DNA of 64,000 nt from Armatimonadota bacterium (GTDB taxonomy: Bacteria > Armatimonadota > Fimbriimonadia > Fimbriimonadales > GBS-DC): contig JBBIQK010000004.1 of the NCBI GenBank assembly GCA_037442365.1, positions 12,326 through 76,325 on the forward strand, read 5' to 3'. Position numbers and translations under genes: made by a program. Below are positions 10,730-20,129 of this stretch, piece by piece (the first letter of the stretch is position 1; each line of letters starts with the position of its first letter). The notes under the pieces are model-generated. The model saw only the letters and a program-made list of their open reading frames with translations, was not told where the DNA came from and ran no database searches.

Positions 10730-12130
10730 ATGCATGTGCAGGTCGCCGACATCTCATTCGCGCGGTTCGTGTATCCCTTTGTGTTCAAAGACGCCGACGC
10801 CAACGCGCTGGCAGCAAGTGTGGGTCGGCTGCGACCGATGGGCTGGGTGCAGGGCACATTCCCAGAAGGCGACCTGCTGCCGCATGTGCGCGACTATCTG
10901 AACCCCCAGCAGGGCGGCGAGGCGACGGCGTACATGCTGCAGATGGGGGCGGAGACGCTGGCGCGCTTTGCCCAGCAGACGCTACATCCTGCAGAGGGCG
11001 CAAACGCCCAGTGGCGCATGCAGCTGGGCAATCGGCAACTCCCCTTTGCGCTGGACGGGGCGCAGCTGGCGATTTTTCGCGGCGGCGTCGCCCTGCTCAC
11101 GCTCGATGCACGCCCCCAATCGCACGCGCTGGACGACTGGCTCGATTTCGTGTATCACTTCCGCGCCTTCGCAGGTCAAGCAGGCGATGCACAGGACCTC
11201 AGCGCGCCCACCCTCCACTACGGCGACGCAACGATTCAGGGAATCCAGCCGTTAATCGATTGCCTGCTTGAGCCTGCATACAGCCACGCCGCTGAAGAGC
11301 TATTTATGCGCAACCTGATGCTGCCGTTCACCGCGCTCTATGTGGATGGGGAGCTTACCGAACAGGAGAAGCGCCTGCTGCTGTATCGCGTGCGCCTGTG
11401 CTTCGGCAGTCGGCACGAGTTGCACCCGCCGTGCGCCGAGCTGCGTCCCGATCATCCATGCCTGCTGGAGTACGCGCAGGAGATGTGGTTCACCTTCGCA
11501 CAGCAGGCGGCAGGCTTCGTCGCCTGCAACGCGCCGGGCAGCCCCAACGGCTTCTTTCGGGGCGACCTGCCCCGACGCCTGCGCAACCGCTACTTCCTGC
11601 TCTATCAGCTCGTGTTGCACCAGAAGTTCATGCTGATGCATTTTTCTGACCAGGTTTCCGAATCGTGGCTGCGGGGCGACGAAACGGAGCGCATGCAGAC
11701 CTTCACGCGCATACGCGACGCGCTACTGGAGTTCACCGCGCGCGGCTACTTCGCGCAGGTGATGCAGTTAGAGCAACACCATCGCTACTACTGCCGCTGG
11801 CGCGAGGCGCTCCAGCTGGAGACGCTCTATCAGGAGGTCAGCGAGGAGGTGCGCGAGATGCACGACTACCTGCAGCTGCAACTGGAGCGGCGGCGCGTGG
11901 AGCAGTCGGAGCAGCTGAACCGCGTGGTACTCTGGCTCACGGGCGTGACGGTCTTTTTCGCGTTGCCGAGCCTGTTCGTGAGCTTTCTGGGGGCGAATGT
12001 GCGCCAACTGGAGGCGTGGGACAGCCGCCTGCCCACTCTCTGGTGGCTCTGGATGGTGGGCGCGTTCGCGCTGGCAGGCGTGATGATTGTATTTGCCATC
12101 ACGCGCGTGTCGCGGGCGCGGCGTCGCTGA
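10730..12130 (+). CDS. CorA-like membrane protein with large divergent N-terminal domain
   Basis: C-terminal helical bundle plus 2 TM segments, with FLGAN at the position of the CorA GMN signature. YQLVLHQK.....FSDQV and LYQEVSEEVREMHDY segments. Confidence 0.65.
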   Translation: MHVQVADISFARFVYPFVFKDADANALAASVGRLRPMGWVQGTFPEGDLLPHVRDYLNPQQGGEATAYMLQMGAETLARFAQQTLHPAEGANAQWRMQLGNRQLPFALDGAQLAIFRGGVALLTLDARPQSHALDDWLDFVYHFRAFAGQAGDAQDLSAPTLHYGDATIQGIQPLIDCLLEPAYSHAAEELFMRNLMLPFTALYVDGELTEQEKRLLLYRVRLCFGSRHELHPPCAELRPDHPCLLEYAQEMWFTFAQQAAGFVACNAPGSPNGFFRGDLPRRLRNRYFLLYQLVLHQKFMLMHFSDQVSESWLRGDETERMQTFTRIRDALLEFTARGYFAQVMQLEQHHRYYCRWREALQLETLYQEVSEEVREMHDYLQLQLERRRVEQSEQLNRVVLWLTGVTVFFALPSLFVSFLGANVRQLEAWDSRLPTLWWLWMVGAFALAGVMIVFAITRVSRARRR

Positions 12131-12144
12131 CGGCGGGCGCGCGC

Positions 12145-13122
12145 TCACTCGCCGGGATAGCGCACGCCCCACTGCGCCCGCAGCGCGTCCAGCGTGCGCA
12201 TAATCGCCAGCGTCTCGTCCAGCGGCATCCACGGGCTTTCAGTCCGCCCCTGCCGCAGGCAGTCATGCACATGGCGAATCTCGAACTGCAGCCCGTCGCC
12301 TTCGTAGGGGTACAGCAGATGTTCGGTTGTCCCGTCGCGGCGCACAAGATAGGCTTCCGAGGGCTTCCACCACGGCGCGGGCAGGTGAACCCGCGCCTGC
12401 GCGCCGCAGATGTTCGCCTGCTTGGGCATCTCCACCTGCAGCGACGCGCTCAAAACCGCCTGCGCGCCGCTGGCGTAGCGGAACAGCATACAGCACAGCT
12501 CGTCCACGCCCGTTGCGCCCAGCGTCGCCTGTGAGAGGATTTCCTGCGGTTCTCCCAACACCATAAACGCCAGCGCGACAGGGTAGACGCCGACATCGAG
12601 CAGCGCGCCGCCGCCCAGCTCGGGCGCAAACAGTCGGCTGGCGGGGTTGAACTCTGGCTGGAAACCGAAGTCCGCTTGCAGGTATCGAATCTCGCCCAGC
12701 TCGCCCGCTTCGATGCGCCGCACAATCTCGCGCACGACGGGGAAACAGCGCGTCCACATCCCCTCCATCACGAACTTGCCCGCCGCGCGCGCCGCCTGAA
12801 TCACCCCCTCGGCTTGCGCCGCGTTGATTGTGAAGGGCTTTTCACACAGCACATGCTTGCCCGCCTGAAGCGCGGCGAGGGTGTTCTCGGCGTGCAGCGT
12901 GTGCGGCGTCGCCACATATACGATTTCCACTTCGGGGTCGCTCAGCACGGCGTCGTAGCTGCCGTAGCGTTTGGGGATGCCGTACTGCGCGCCGAACTGC
13001 TCGGCGGTGCGCAACTCGCGCGAGCCGACGGCGACCACCTGCGCATCGGGCGCATAGAACGCCGCCTGCATAAACCGCTTCGCAATCTTGCCCGTGCCCA
13101 GAATACCCCATTTCACTGGCAT
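12145..13122 (-). CDS. Gfo/Idh/MocA family oxidoreductase
   Basis: WGILGTGKIA, YVATPHTLH, GKHVLCEKP, GGALLDVGVY. Confidence 0.93.
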   Translation of the reverse strand: MPVKWGILGTGKIAKRFMQAAFYAPDAQVVAVGSRELRTAEQFGAQYGIPKRYGSYDAVLSDPEVEIVYVATPHTLHAENTLAALQAGKHVLCEKPFTINAAQAEGVIQAARAAGKFVMEGMWTRCFPVVREIVRRIEAGELGEIRYLQADFGFQPEFNPASRLFAPELGGGALLDVGVYPVALAFMVLGEPQEILSQATLGATGVDELCCMLFRYASGAQAVLSASLQVEMPKQANICGAQARVHLPAPWWKPSEAYLVRRDGTTEHLLYPYEGDGLQFEIRHVHDCLRQGRTESPWMPLDETLAIMRTLDALRAQWGVRYPGE

Positions 13123-13138
13123 AGGGGAGAGGATACCC

Positions 13139-13183
13139 ATTCGGGAAGAACAATTGAGCCGTCTCTTGCAAAATGGGTATACT
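13139..13183 (+). repeat. 45-bp direct repeat, copy 1 (contains sigma70-type promoter)
   Basis: ATTCGGGAAGAACAATTGAGCCGTCTCTTGCAAAATGGGTATACT. 44/45 identical to 14513-14557. Contains TTGAGC-N18-TATACT. Confidence 0.92.
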
Positions 13184-13239
13184 GGCGTTTAGTCCGTGCC
13201 GCTTTCGCAGCGATCCAAACTAATGACGGGAGGGCAACA

Positions 13240-14457
13240 ATGAGAATCATAGCATGTTTGGCGATTCTGTTCATGGGGCTGCTTGCTGAATCTCAGACCT
13301 CCGAAACGCCTGTGGCGAGTTCCCTGCCCACGCCTGCGTCCACCGTTTTGTTCACGATTCCCTACGGCAGCGCCGAGAACCAGATTTACATTGAGTCTAC
13401 ATCGGGTTCAGGTGAAGGCGAGTTTGGACTCAGTTTAGCCCCCGTTGGATTCTGTGTGCTGGCAGACGACAGTGTTGCGCTTGTGGGAGGTCGTCCTGCG
13501 AGTTCTTCATACGAATTAGCGGTTCAGGTCTTTGCACAGGATGGACAGTTGAAACGATTTGTACCCCACCCTGGTGTGTACACATTTGATAGAACATCGG
13601 TGCTTTTACATCATGACGGGAGTGTCTATTATATCGCGAGCAATGTATTCGTGGACTATCTCTATGAGCGTCCGTCCAGTGCGCCTGACCCCGAGAACAA
13701 TCACCCTGACTCATCCGATACGAAAGAAAAGCCTCTTTCGGAGAAGACCCTCGCTATATCACGGTTGCTCACAGTCGTCGGCGCGAAAGGTAAGGTGGAT
13801 GCCACGCTTACTGAGACTCTGCGCGACCAGCTGCGTTCCCTGCTTAGCGCACGGGATGACCTCTGGTCGTTCGGAGACTATGCAGTGGTGGACGGGCGTG
13901 GAACGGTGTATATTTCTGTTCTCCTGGCTTCGCGTGCGGGCGAGGAGTATGCAAAGACTCCACTGGCAAAGCTATCGCTAACGGGTACGGCGGAGTGGGT
14001 TGAGGAGCCACCTGGACGGTTGGTACGCTCGTACGATGGAAGTGTGGCATATGTGAAGTTTGAACGGCGTGAAAATCCTCGTGACGAAGCGTGGGTATCA
14101 GCATATACCTTTGTGGATGTAAACGGGAAGCAGATAGCGCGTTTTCAAGCGCCGCCCAGAGCGAGTCGCCGCTCGTTCATCACACTTGATCCTGTATTGA
14201 TTCGTCGGGACCGATTGGCGATTGTGTCCTTTGAGGGCACGCCGCCAGACAAGCCGAATCGCGCTGCCCAAATCCCCTTGCCTTTCCAAGCGTATTACCG
14301 ATTGCTGGTAATCACCCCTGAGGGCAAGATTGTGCATGAGGATTGGATGCAGGGACCGCCTGTAGCGGGTTCGTGCGCAACAGATGGCAAGGGAAACCTG
14401 TACTATCTGAACTTCACCGACGAGGGGGTGGAGGTAAAGAAGATTTCGGTTCCGTAG
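13240..14457 (+). CDS. Low-GC secreted hypothetical protein
   Basis: Signal peptide MRIIACLAILFMGLLA, RBS GGAGG, and codon usage more AT-rich than neighbours. Confidence 0.8.
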   Translation: MRIIACLAILFMGLLAESQTSETPVASSLPTPASTVLFTIPYGSAENQIYIESTSGSGEGEFGLSLAPVGFCVLADDSVALVGGRPASSSYELAVQVFAQDGQLKRFVPHPGVYTFDRTSVLLHHDGSVYYIASNVFVDYLYERPSSAPDPENNHPDSSDTKEKPLSEKTLAISRLLTVVGAKGKVDATLTETLRDQLRSLLSARDDLWSFGDYAVVDGRGTVYISVLLASRAGEEYAKTPLAKLSLTGTAEWVEEPPGRLVRSYDGSVAYVKFERRENPRDEAWVSAYTFVDVNGKQIARFQAPPRASRRSFITLDPVLIRRDRLAIVSFEGTPPDKPNRAAQIPLPFQAYYRLLVITPEGKIVHEDWMQGPPVAGSCATDGKGNLYYLNFTDEGVEVKKISVP

Positions 14458-14512
14458 CTCGTGAACATCCGCGCACTTCCGTCGCTGGAACGCCTCCTGC
14501 GGCTGGGCGGCA

Positions 14513-14557
14513 ATTCGGGAAGAACAATTGAGCCGTCTCTCGCAAAATGGGTATACT
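14513..14557 (+). repeat. 45-bp direct repeat, copy 2 (promoter for MNT-HEPN locus)
   Basis: ATTCGGGAAGAACAATTGAGCCGTCTCTCGCAAAATGGGTATACT. Confidence 0.92.
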
Positions 14558-14564
14558 CGCGTTC

Positions 14565-14900
14565 GTGAAACGGCGCGAACCCGAACCACGCGAGTTTGCA
14601 GACGCGATACAGGAACGCGAGCATATCGTTGCTATGCTTCAGCGACATTTGCCTGCGCTGCAACAGCGCTACCATGTGCGTGCGCTGTGGCTATTTGGGT
14701 CGCACGCTCGCGGCGAGCAACGACGCCGGAGCGACATCGACATACTCGTGGAGTTCCGCGAGACGCCGTCTCTGCTAAAGCTGGCGCGCCTGCAACACGA
14801 GTTGACTCGACTTCTGGGCAAGCGCGTTGACCTTGCCCTGAAAGATGCCCTCAAGCCGAACATCGCCAGACGAATTCGTGAGGAAGCAATTCCGATATGA
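14565..14900 (+). CDS. Minimal nucleotidyltransferase (MNT) antitoxin, type VII TA
   Basis: LFGSHARGEQRRRSDIDILVEF...LLGKRVDL. Start uncertain (GTG at 14565 chosen because the ATG at 14547 lies inside the promoter repeat). Confidence 0.88.
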   Translation: MKRREPEPREFADAIQEREHIVAMLQRHLPALQQRYHVRALWLFGSHARGEQRRRSDIDILVEFRETPSLLKLARLQHELTRLLGKRVDLALKDALKPNIARRIREEAIPI

Positions 14901-15073
14901 AACGCCCGCCGCGCGACATCCGAGATTACCTGCAGGATATTCTCCAGTACGCTGAGAAGACGCAACATTTCACTGAATCATCCCCATCTCGAAAGTTGTC
15001 CATGCCTGTGCTGGAAAGCGTTGTTGCAGTCCCTAGTCTTGCCATGCGCCCACGAGGTAGAACGAGCCGGTAA
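14897..15073 (+). pseudogene. Truncated HEPN/DUF86 (HepT-like) toxin
   Basis: ATGA overlap with MNT. MKRPPRDIRDYLQDILQYAEKTQHFT matches a DUF86 N-terminus, then similarity is lost. No RxxxxH motif, stop after 58 aa. Confidence 0.75.
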
Positions 15074-16364
15074 TCAACACAAGGTCGTCGGCGTCGGCGA
15101 GGCTGAGGGCGCGCTGGAACGCTTCCTGCGGGTGGGCGGCGGTGAGCAGCGTGCGCGGGGCGCGTGTCGGCTTGCTCGCCATCCACGCCTGCGCGCTCTC
15201 CAGCAGCGTCTCCGCTTTGTGCGAGCGCGGATGCTCAATCGGCGTGAACACAACCGTGTCGGCGAGGGGCAGCAGATGGCGCAGGGTATCGGCTGGCTCG
15301 TGCGGCGTGAGCATGCCCAGCACCAGAATCAGCCGCTGGTACTTGAACAGACGGGGCAGCGACTGCGCCAGCACGGCGGCGGCGTCGGGATTGTGCGCGC
15401 CGTCCAGCACCACGCGCGGCGATTCGGCGACCACCTGCAGGCGTCCGGGCATGCGCGCCTCGCGGATACCCTGCTCAATCGCTGTGTCGGGAATCGCGTA
15501 GCCCCGCTCTCGCAGGAGAGTCGCCGCCGCGACCGCGCACGCCGCGTTGTGGCGCTGGTAGTCGCCAATCAGCGCGGGCTGTACCGCCAGCTCCCAGCCG
15601 CCCCGACGCACGCGAGTCGCCGAATCGGTCGGCGAGGGCAGCGGGGTATACACGAAGCAGTCGTCTGAGTCGCGGGGCGCATCAGAAGACTCCGCGCGCA
15701 CCACACGATAGAGGGGGGCGTTCTGGGCGGCGGCGACCTGCGCAATCATGTCCACCGCATCAGGATGCGCCGCGCCGCTCACCACAGGACGCCCCCACTT
15801 GATGATGCCCGCCTTCTCGTAGGCAATATCGCGATGCGTCGGTCCCAGGCGGTCCTGATGGTCTAACCCGATGCCCACAATCACGCTCACTTCGGGCGTG
15901 ATAACATTCGTGGCGTCCATGCGTCCGCCCAGCCCGACCTCCAGCACGGCGATATCGACCTGCGCCTGCGCGAACGCCCAGAAAGCGAGCGCGGTCTTGA
16001 TTTCGAACTCGGTGGTTTGTCCGTATTCAGTGTCCGCCAGCCGCTGAATCACATCGCGCAGGTAGGCGACTCCTTCCGTGAATAGTTCACGGCTGATGGG
16101 CGCGCCATCTATCCCGATTCGCTCGCGAATATTGAACACATGGGGCGAGGTGTAGGCTCCGACTCGATAGCCCGCCGCACGCAGAATCGCGCTGACCATC
16201 GCCGTTGTGGAGCCTTTGCCGTTCGTGCCCGTGATGTGAACACAGGGGTAGCGCAGGTGGGGGTCGCCGATTTGCTTCAAGAGCGCCTCGAAACGGGCGT
16301 TGCCCAGCCGCCAGCCCTGAATCGAGAGGCTCTCGATATACCGCACCGCGTCCTGAAAGTCCAT
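15033..16364 (-). CDS. folC: Folylpolyglutamate synthase / dihydrofolate synthase
   Basis: HITGTNGKGST, YTSPH, LEVGLGGRMDATN, IAYEKAGII, PGRL, LDGAHNP, ITGSFYLVG. Confidence 0.96.
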   Translation of the reverse strand: MDFQDAVRYIESLSIQGWRLGNARFEALLKQIGDPHLRYPCVHITGTNGKGSTTAMVSAILRAAGYRVGAYTSPHVFNIRERIGIDGAPISRELFTEGVAYLRDVIQRLADTEYGQTTEFEIKTALAFWAFAQAQVDIAVLEVGLGGRMDATNVITPEVSVIVGIGLDHQDRLGPTHRDIAYEKAGIIKWGRPVVSGAAHPDAVDMIAQVAAAQNAPLYRVVRAESSDAPRDSDDCFVYTPLPSPTDSATRVRRGGWELAVQPALIGDYQRHNAACAVAAATLLRERGYAIPDTAIEQGIREARMPGRLQVVAESPRVVLDGAHNPDAAAVLAQSLPRLFKYQRLILVLGMLTPHEPADTLRHLLPLADTVVFTPIEHPRSHKAETLLESAQAWMASKPTRAPRTLLTAAHPQEAFQRALSLADADDLVLITGSFYLVGAWQD

Positions 16365-16407
16365 CGCCGCGCCTGTAGAATTATAGCGCATGGGCTATAA
16401 TAAAGGC

Positions 16408-17874
16408 ATGCGGGTCTTCGGGTGTTTCGTAGCGATGGTGTGGCTGGGGTGTCTGTTCGCGCAGACGACAATCCGCTCCGTGCAGATACAGGGCGTGTCG
16501 GTCGCGCCGCCCGATCAGGTGGGCGCATCGCTCTACGCGCTGATAGGAACCGCCCCGTCTGACGAGCAACTGCGCGCCGCTATCCAGCAGGTCGAGGCGT
16601 GGTATCGCGCGCGGGGCTACACGCTGGCGCGGGTGGTGGACTACACGCTGGACGAGTCGGGCGCGCTGACTGTACAGATTGCCGAGGGCGTTATCGAGCG
16701 GATTGAGGTGCGGGGCAACACGCGCACGCGCACGGAGGTGCTGCGTCGGCTGATTGGCGTGCGCCCCGGCGAAGTCTACAACGAGGAGCGGTTGCAGCGT
16801 ATCCGCCAGCGCATCGGGCGGTTCCCGTTCCTGCGCGACGCCAAGCTCGGCGCGGAAGCGGGCGAGCAGGTCGGCTCGACAAACCTGCTGCTGCAAATTG
16901 AGGAAGAGCAGTCGTTCGATTTCGCGGTTGCGGCGGGCTACAACAGCGAGCAGGGCTTCGTGGGCTATGCGGAGCTGGTGGAGACGAATGTCGGCGGACT
17001 GGGGCATCGCGCACGGGTGCAGTGGCAGCGGGAGCAGGCGCGCAACCCCCTCACAGGCGAGTACGAGGCGCTGCGCCCATCCTATGCGCTGAGCTACGAA
17101 GCGCCGCGCGCGCTGCCCGGCGCGTTCAACTTCGGCGTGGAGCTGTACGACCGCGCGCCGTTCTATCCCGTGTTCTACGCGGACATCGACACCGTGCGCC
17201 GCTACGAGCGACGGCGCGGGTTCACCGCCTATCTGGGCTATGACTGGCGCGAGCTGTTCGAGCTGCGCCTGCGCTATCGAGCCGATCGGGTGGACTACGA
17301 CGATGCGCCCGCCGCGTTGTTGCCAATCCCGCTGCGGGCGGCGAATCGCGGACGGTTCGACGCGCTGGGTGTGCAGGTGATTTACGACACGCGCGAGGGG
17401 CGCTTCCCGCGCACAGGGCTGTACGCGAGTCTGCTGGCGGAGCGCGCCCTATCGGGCGATTTCCGATTCACCCGCGCGATTGGCGAGGCGCGCTACTACA
17501 TCCCGCTGCGCCGTGAGCAGACGCTTGCTCTGCGCGGGGTCGCGGGCGTCGCCTCCGACGACGCGCCCCTGAGCGAGCTGTTCTGGATCGGCGGCTACGA
17601 CCTGCTGCGCGGCTACGCCCAGGACGAGTTTCGGGGCAACCGCCTCGTGGTCGGCAGCGCGGAGTATCTGTTCCCCGTACTGGAGGCGGTGCAGGCGGCG
17701 GTGTTCGTGGATGTCGGCGCGGTGTGGAGTCAGGGCACGGCGCTGGCGGATGTGCCTGTGCGGGCGGGCGTCGGCGCGGGACTGCGGTTCGCCTCACCCA
17801 TCGGGCTGATACGGCTCGACCTCGCCTACGGCAAGCGCGGGTTCGTGTACCTGAGCCTCGCAGGCGTCTATTGA
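16408..17874 (+). CDS. BamA/TamA (Omp85) family outer-membrane protein with POTRA domains
   Basis: Signal peptide, GNTRTRTEVLRR POTRA segment, GG..LLRGY, FVDVG, SPIGLIRLDLA. Confidence 0.88.
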   Translation: MRVFGCFVAMVWLGCLFAQTTIRSVQIQGVSVAPPDQVGASLYALIGTAPSDEQLRAAIQQVEAWYRARGYTLARVVDYTLDESGALTVQIAEGVIERIEVRGNTRTRTEVLRRLIGVRPGEVYNEERLQRIRQRIGRFPFLRDAKLGAEAGEQVGSTNLLLQIEEEQSFDFAVAAGYNSEQGFVGYAELVETNVGGLGHRARVQWQREQARNPLTGEYEALRPSYALSYEAPRALPGAFNFGVELYDRAPFYPVFYADIDTVRRYERRRGFTAYLGYDWRELFELRLRYRADRVDYDDAPAALLPIPLRAANRGRFDALGVQVIYDTREGRFPRTGLYASLLAERALSGDFRFTRAIGEARYYIPLRREQTLALRGVAGVASDDAPLSELFWIGGYDLLRGYAQDEFRGNRLVVGSAEYLFPVLEAVQAAVFVDVGAVWSQGTALADVPVRAGVGAGLRFASPIGLIRLDLAYGKRGFVYLSLAGVY

Positions 17875-17889
17875 AGGTACAATAGCGTT

Positions 17890-18408
17890 ATGCAGGAGCG
17901 TCTGTGGGCGCCGTGGCGGATGGCGTATGTGAGCGAGGCGGGCAAGCCCAGCGCAGAGTGCATCTTCTGCGCCAAGCCCGCCGAAGACGCCGACGCACGC
18001 AACCTCATCGTCTGGCGTGGGCGCGCGTGCTTCGTGATTCTGAACCTGTTCCCCTACACCAGCGGGCATCTGATGATTGCGCCGTACCGCCACACGCACG
18101 ATCTGGCGAGCCTGACCGACGCCGAGTGGAGCGAGATGGGCGCGCTGATGCGGCTGTGCCTGCGCGCGCTGGAACGCGAGTACCGCCCCGACGGGTTCAA
18201 TGTCGGCTTCAATCTGGGGCGGGCGGCAGGCGCAGGGATTGAGGCGCACCTCCACCTGCACATCGTACCCCGCTGGCACGGCGACACGAACTTTATGGCG
18301 ACCATCGGCGAAACGCGCGTGCTGCCCGAAAGCCTCGAGCAGACCTACACGCGCGTGGTGAACGCCCTGCGGGAGGTGAGCGCATCCGATGACGGAGCAG
18401 CCCGTTGA
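17890..18408 (+). CDS. HIT family hydrolase (diadenosine polyphosphate hydrolase-like)
   Basis: LWAPWRMAY, CIFC, NLFPYTSGHLMI, HLHLHIVPRW.GDTNFM. Confidence 0.93.
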   Translation: MQERLWAPWRMAYVSEAGKPSAECIFCAKPAEDADARNLIVWRGRACFVILNLFPYTSGHLMIAPYRHTHDLASLTDAEWSEMGALMRLCLRALEREYRPDGFNVGFNLGRAAGAGIEAHLHLHIVPRWHGDTNFMATIGETRVLPESLEQTYTRVVNALREVSASDDGAAR

Positions 18409-19060
18409 GGAGCAACTCGCGGCGGTGGAGGCGCGTGCAAAGCAGTGCGTCGCCTGCCCGCTGGCGCGCACGCGCACGAATGTCGTGTTCGGCGAGGGCA
18501 ACCCGCGCTCGCCGCTGGTAATTGTCGGCGAGGGACCGGGCGAGCAAGAAGACGCGACAGGACGCCCCTTCGTGGGCAGGGCGGGCGCGCTGCTCGACAA
18601 AGCGCTGCGCGATGCAGGTATGCTCCGCCGCCATGTCTATATCTGCAACATCGTCAAGTGTCGCGCGTGCATTATCGAGAACGGGCGCGCGCGCAACCGC
18701 CCGCCCGCACAGGATGAGATTCAGGCGTGCTACCCGTGGCTCGATCAGCAACTGACGATTATCAAGCCGCTGGTGATTGTCTGCCTGGGGTCGCCGTCCG
18801 CCTCGACGCTGATTCACAAAAACTTCAAAATCATGCAGGAGCGCGGGCTGTGGTTCAGCAACCGCTACGCGCCCGCTGTGATTGCCTCGCTGCACCCTGC
18901 GTATATCCTGCGTCAGGCGGGTGAAGCCTATGAGCGGGCGTACCAGTCGCTGGTGGACGACCTGACCGCCGCGCGTGAACGCGCCCGCGAACTGCGCCGC
19001 CTGCAGGAGCAACTCCAGCCCCTCACGCCCGAAGGCGACGACCAGCTGCGCCTCTTTTAG
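18389..19060 (+). CDS. udg: Uracil-DNA glycosylase family 4 (Fe-S)
   Basis: C..C.L...R..VVFGEG, GEGPG..ED..G.PFVG, N.VKCR, HPAY.LR. Confidence 0.93.
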   Translation: MTEQPVEEQLAAVEARAKQCVACPLARTRTNVVFGEGNPRSPLVIVGEGPGEQEDATGRPFVGRAGALLDKALRDAGMLRRHVYICNIVKCRACIIENGRARNRPPAQDEIQACYPWLDQQLTIIKPLVIVCLGSPSASTLIHKNFKIMQERGLWFSNRYAPAVIASLHPAYILRQAGEAYERAYQSLVDDLTAARERARELRRLQEQLQPLTPEGDDQLRLF

Positions 19061-19109
19061 CCCCTGCGCTGTCCGCTTTTGCCCGATTCATGAGTCTTAT
19101 GCATGCGGT

Positions 19110-20072
19110 ATGCATAGGAGCAGGCTATTCTGGGCAATTCTGGGCGCGGTGGGGGCGTTGCGCCTCGCGCCCGCGCAGCTGTATGACTTCAGCGTTGTCG
19201 CGCCTCCCAGCGGGATTAGCGGGAACCTCTCCATCTCCGCCCGCACACAGGGCACGCTCGTCGGCAACTACAATCCCGACACGAACCCGACAGGCACACG
19301 CACGAAACCGGGCATCAATCCTTTCGATCCGTTCGGTCCGACGGAGAATGTACCCGTAAATGTAAGTCTCGGCGCGGCGATTGGCGGGACCATCAACCGT
19401 CAGGCAGGGGGAACCTTCCGCGCAACTGTAGACGGCGGCGCGAACACGATTACCTTCGAGAACCTGTCGCTGAACTTTCTGGCGAACGGTCCCGCGTCGC
19501 TGCCCGTGACGCTGACGCTGGCAGGGGAGTCGTTCCGCACGCGCAACCCCACCTCCACTTATATTCTTCCGTCGCAGGGGATCACTTTTCCCATCGGCGC
19601 GGTGAACCTGAGCCAGTTCACGGCGGTACAGACGGGCGTGGGCGCGGGCGTGCTGACCCCTGTGGGCGTCGATACCTACGACTTCACGGCGGCGGTGGCG
19701 GTTGACCTCACCCTTGCCGCAGACCTGCTGGGCAATCCCTTCGCGCAGACGATTCCCTTCGTGCTGCCGCTGCAGGGGCAGGTGGTCGTGCTGGGCAACT
19801 CGGCGGTGATTACCTCGCTGCAGCAGCTGAACTTCTCTCAGGCGTTCAACCCGAATCTGGATCTGCCGCCGTTCGAGCTGCCCGTGCCGACTATCCTGCC
19901 GCCGGGCAGTACGGCGAACCTGATTTTTGACCTGACGCTGGAGGAGCTTGGCTTCGAGGTCGATCTGGATGTCAATCTCCGTGCGGAGGGGACGCTTGTG
20001 CCCGAACCCGCGAGTCTGACCGCGCTGGGCGTCGGGCTGGCGGCGCTGATACGGCGTCGGCGTCGCGCGTGA
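19110..20072 (+). CDS. PEP-CTERM sorting-domain surface protein
   Basis: Signal peptide and C-terminal VPEPASLTALGVGLAALIRRRRA. Confidence 0.9.
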   Translation: MHRSRLFWAILGAVGALRLAPAQLYDFSVVAPPSGISGNLSISARTQGTLVGNYNPDTNPTGTRTKPGINPFDPFGPTENVPVNVSLGAAIGGTINRQAGGTFRATVDGGANTITFENLSLNFLANGPASLPVTLTLAGESFRTRNPTSTYILPSQGITFPIGAVNLSQFTAVQTGVGAGVLTPVGVDTYDFTAAVAVDLTLAADLLGNPFAQTIPFVLPLQGQVVVLGNSAVITSLQQLNFSQAFNPNLDLPPFELPVPTILPPGSTANLIFDLTLEELGFEVDLDVNLRAEGTLVPEPASLTALGVGLAALIRRRRRA

Positions 20073-20100
20073 ACCCTACCCTGTGCAGGGAGAACCGAAC

Positions 20101-20124
20101 GGGGGCTTGCGCTGGCAAGCCCCC
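20101..20124. terminator. GC-rich hairpin between convergent genes, probable terminator
   Basis: GGGGGCTTGC-GCTG-GCAAGCCCCC, perfect 10-bp stem. Confidence 0.7.
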
Positions 20125-20129
20125 TTCGC

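Noticed and set aside
19098-19116. Palindrome TATGCAT-N5-ATGCATA at the PEP-CTERM gene start
   Set aside because: Short, overlaps the start codon, and is seen only once; not enough support for an operator.
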